Source of the DNA: a virus
Taxonomy: Duplodnaviria > Caudoviricetes
Virus record (IMG/VR): IMGVR_UViG_3300043436_001540
Coordinates: 1-55,238 of that record
DNA length: 55,238 bases
Strand: one strand, 5' to 3'
The stretch's first letter is position 1. Every line of letters starts with the position of its first letter. Below the pieces are notes generated by a model, which saw nothing but the letters and a program-made list of their open reading frames with translations, had not been told where the DNA came from and searched no databases. Positions 53,426 to 55,238 of this stretch are shown here, in pieces. The position numbers and the translations under genes are program-made.

Positions 53426-53923
53426 TCAACTCAAATAATCATCTATAATATCAAAATAAGTATATTTAAAAGTAATATCACATGTGACAAAGGTGTTATC
53501 AGTCCCGGTCGTATCAAATTGAATTGAGGTAATACTTGTTGGGAATACATCAGTGTATCTAAACTCTAAATTCACATTACCTTTACTGTTCAAAATAAAG
53601 ACTGACATGTCAGAGTAAAGGCCATCCTCTGAAGTTGCAATTGCATTATACTGTGAGAACGATTTTGGCTTTGTTAATCCAACCATCCAATCATGAATCT
53701 CTTTAAACGCGCGCATGTTTTCATCCATCCGCACAGTAATAGTAAGATCGTCATATGCCAACTTATCTCCTGCTCTATTAACAGTAGCAAATGGAGTCGG
53801 TATTGGAGTAGAACCAGTATTAATACCTGGGAGTGAAACGTTCTGCACAAAGAATTCTACGTTCGGTAGTCTTGTGAATGATATATCAAATCTTTTATTT
53901 GCTAGAAAGTTTTGTTGTGTCAT
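53426..53923 (-). CDS. tail tube terminator/completion protein (gp3)
   Basis: FFVQNVSLPGI, DENMRAFKEIHDW, FPTS; synteny. Confidence 0.8.
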   Translation of the reverse strand: MTQQNFLANKRFDISFTRLPNVEFFVQNVSLPGINTGSTPIPTPFATVNRAGDKLAYDDLTITVRMDENMRAFKEIHDWMVGLTKPKSFSQYNAIATSEDGLYSDMSVFILNSKGNVNLEFRYTDVFPTSITSIQFDTTGTDNTFVTCDITFKYTYFDIIDDYLS

Positions 53924-53969
53924 AGATACACCTTTAGGATATGTTATGTATACTATTTATGGGCCAACT

Positions 53970-53992
53970 AAAAAGGGGCGCCGAAGCGCCCC
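53970..53992 (-). terminator. terminator after gp23
   Basis: GGGGCGC-TTCG-GCGCCCCTTTTT. Confidence 0.85.
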
Positions 53993-54021
53993 AGTTAGTC
54001 CGGTTAACCCGAATCTTTTTA

Positions 54022-55238
54022 TTAGAGAATGTTTGTTACAAACATACGACGGTAGTACTCGTTGGTGTTTGCAGTAAGAGCACCCTGAGTAGTAGCAGAA
54101 GTACCATCAGCAAATGGGTTTGATACCATGCCGTAGCGAGTCTTGAAGCCGATTTTTGGCTGGAAGGTTGACTCGTTGATAGCGCGGACCATCTGTAGTG
54201 GAACGTATGGGCAATAGAAGAGGCCTGCGTCGAATGCAGATGAACCCTTGTAGCCTACAACTGAATAGTTGCCGCCAGCATATGGGTCAATGTAGACCTT
54301 GTACTTGCCGTTAAGAACACCAGCGAAGGTATTACCAGTATCGTCAACACCTAGGTTGTTGGCAAGAGCTGGGGTGTAGTCAAGAACACCAGCCATCTGA
54401 AGAGCAGAAGCAACGTCTGAAGAACAGATGATGATGTTACCACGGCCACGACGGGTTGACTTGGCGATTTGGTTTGCTTCACGTTCAATTTGGAAATGAA
54501 GACCCTTGAACTTTTCAACTGACCAACGGCCGTTTGCATCAACGTCAAGGTCAAATGTACCAGCAGTGGTGACACCTGAGTTAGCGCCGCGAACAGCAGT
54601 GGTGAAGATGGTACGAACAACTTCACGGTTGATTTCCGCAAGGATTTCAGACTGAAGGATGTTTGCAAGTTCAGTTTCGGCGTCAAGACCGTGGATAGCC
54701 TTAAGGTCCTGAGCAAGTTCAGTGGTATATTCAGCCTTGAGAGCGCGTGACTTTGCAGTTACGGCGATCTTTTCGATTGAGAAGCCCATCTGAGCGATGT
54801 CGGTCTTTTCTTCCATAGTAGCGGTAGCAATACCGGTACCAGTGTTAGCAGTGTTTGCAGTACCAACAGTACCAGCCATGGTGCCAGCACCTGAGAAGTC
54901 GGTGTCAGCTTCGCTGAAGAATGCTTCGCCGGTCTGTGCAGTGGTGTTTGCATATTGTGCCCGCATCGCGAAGATAAGGCCAGTAGGACCAGTCATTGGC
55001 TGAACGCCGGCAATATCGTATGCCATTAGGTTTGGCATTGAACGACGGATAAGGCTAATAAGAACAGGATCGTAGCCCTTTACAGCACCACCAAGGTCAG
55101 CTGAACCGTTAGGAATAGCTTCGTTTAGTAGTGAATGTGGCTGCCATGCCTGACCTTCCTGAAGTGCCTTCTCAGTGTTCTCGAGAAGCTGAGCAGTAAC
55201 AGCACGACGGTGTGAGTCAGCGATCTTTGGCAGATCAG
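54022..55238 (-). CDS. major capsid protein (gp23), 5'-truncated by the window edge
   Basis: GVQPMTGPTGLIFAMR, ELAQDLKAIHGLDAE, YCPYVPL, GFKTRYG; frame open to the window end. Confidence 0.97.
   Translation of the reverse strand, partial: DLPKIADSHRRAVTAQLLENTEKALQEGQAWQPHSLLNEAIPNGSADLGGAVKGYDPVLISLIRRSMPNLMAYDIAGVQPMTGPTGLIFAMRAQYANTTAQTGEAFFSEADTDFSGAGTMAGTVGTANTANTGTGIATATMEEKTDIAQMGFSIEKIAVTAKSRALKAEYTTELAQDLKAIHGLDAETELANILQSEILAEINREVVRTIFTTAVRGANSGVTTAGTFDLDVDANGRWSVEKFKGLHFQIEREANQIAKSTRRGRGNIIICSSDVASALQMAGVLDYTPALANNLGVDDTGNTFAGVLNGKYKVYIDPYAGGNYSVVGYKGSSAFDAGLFYCPYVPLQMVRAINESTFQPKIGFKTRYGMVSNPFADGTSATTQGALTANTNEYYRRMFVTNIL

Noticed and set aside
1-55238. Stop-codon reassignment or suppressor tRNA
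   Set aside because: Core genes are intact in the standard code, and no CUA/UUA/UCA anticodon tRNA was found

Overview
A 55 kb segment of a large T4-like (Tevenvirinae/Kyanoviridae-type) myophage, almost all on the minus strand. The host is probably an alphaproteobacterium: tRNA-His lacks G-1 and has A73, and there is a DUF1127-like gene. From right to left: gp23 (truncated by the window edge), gp3, uvsY, uvsW, gp55, gp47/46, a ~7.5 kb sugar-nucleotide/glycosyltransferase (probable DNA hypermodification) cluster, gp45/44/62, regA, hsp20, gp43, uvsX, gp41, late virion and lysis genes (including a 1156-aa multi-domain polyprotein, a GH19 endolysin and spanins), gp61, thyX, nrdB/nrdA, and a ~9 kb array of 28 tRNA genes. 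The most unusual biology is inside the tRNA array. (1) A Ro60/TROVE-like vWA protein (DUF2828-type) is surrounded by four small RNAs that share a covarying terminal stem plus a CAGCA motif but carry different tRNA-mimic cargo: a permuted T-acceptor-D module, and Phe-GAA and Thr-UGU anticodon arms. (2) A 29-codon leader peptide using 18 of 20 amino acids is coupled to a terminator/antiterminator ahead of the tRNAs, an apparent general tRNA-shortage attenuator. (3) rrn-like boxB/boxA antitermination signals head tRNA sub-operons. (4) Two ORFs have stop codons inside tRNA genes. Family names were recognised from motifs by eye and RNA folds by manual pairing; no database search or folding program was run.
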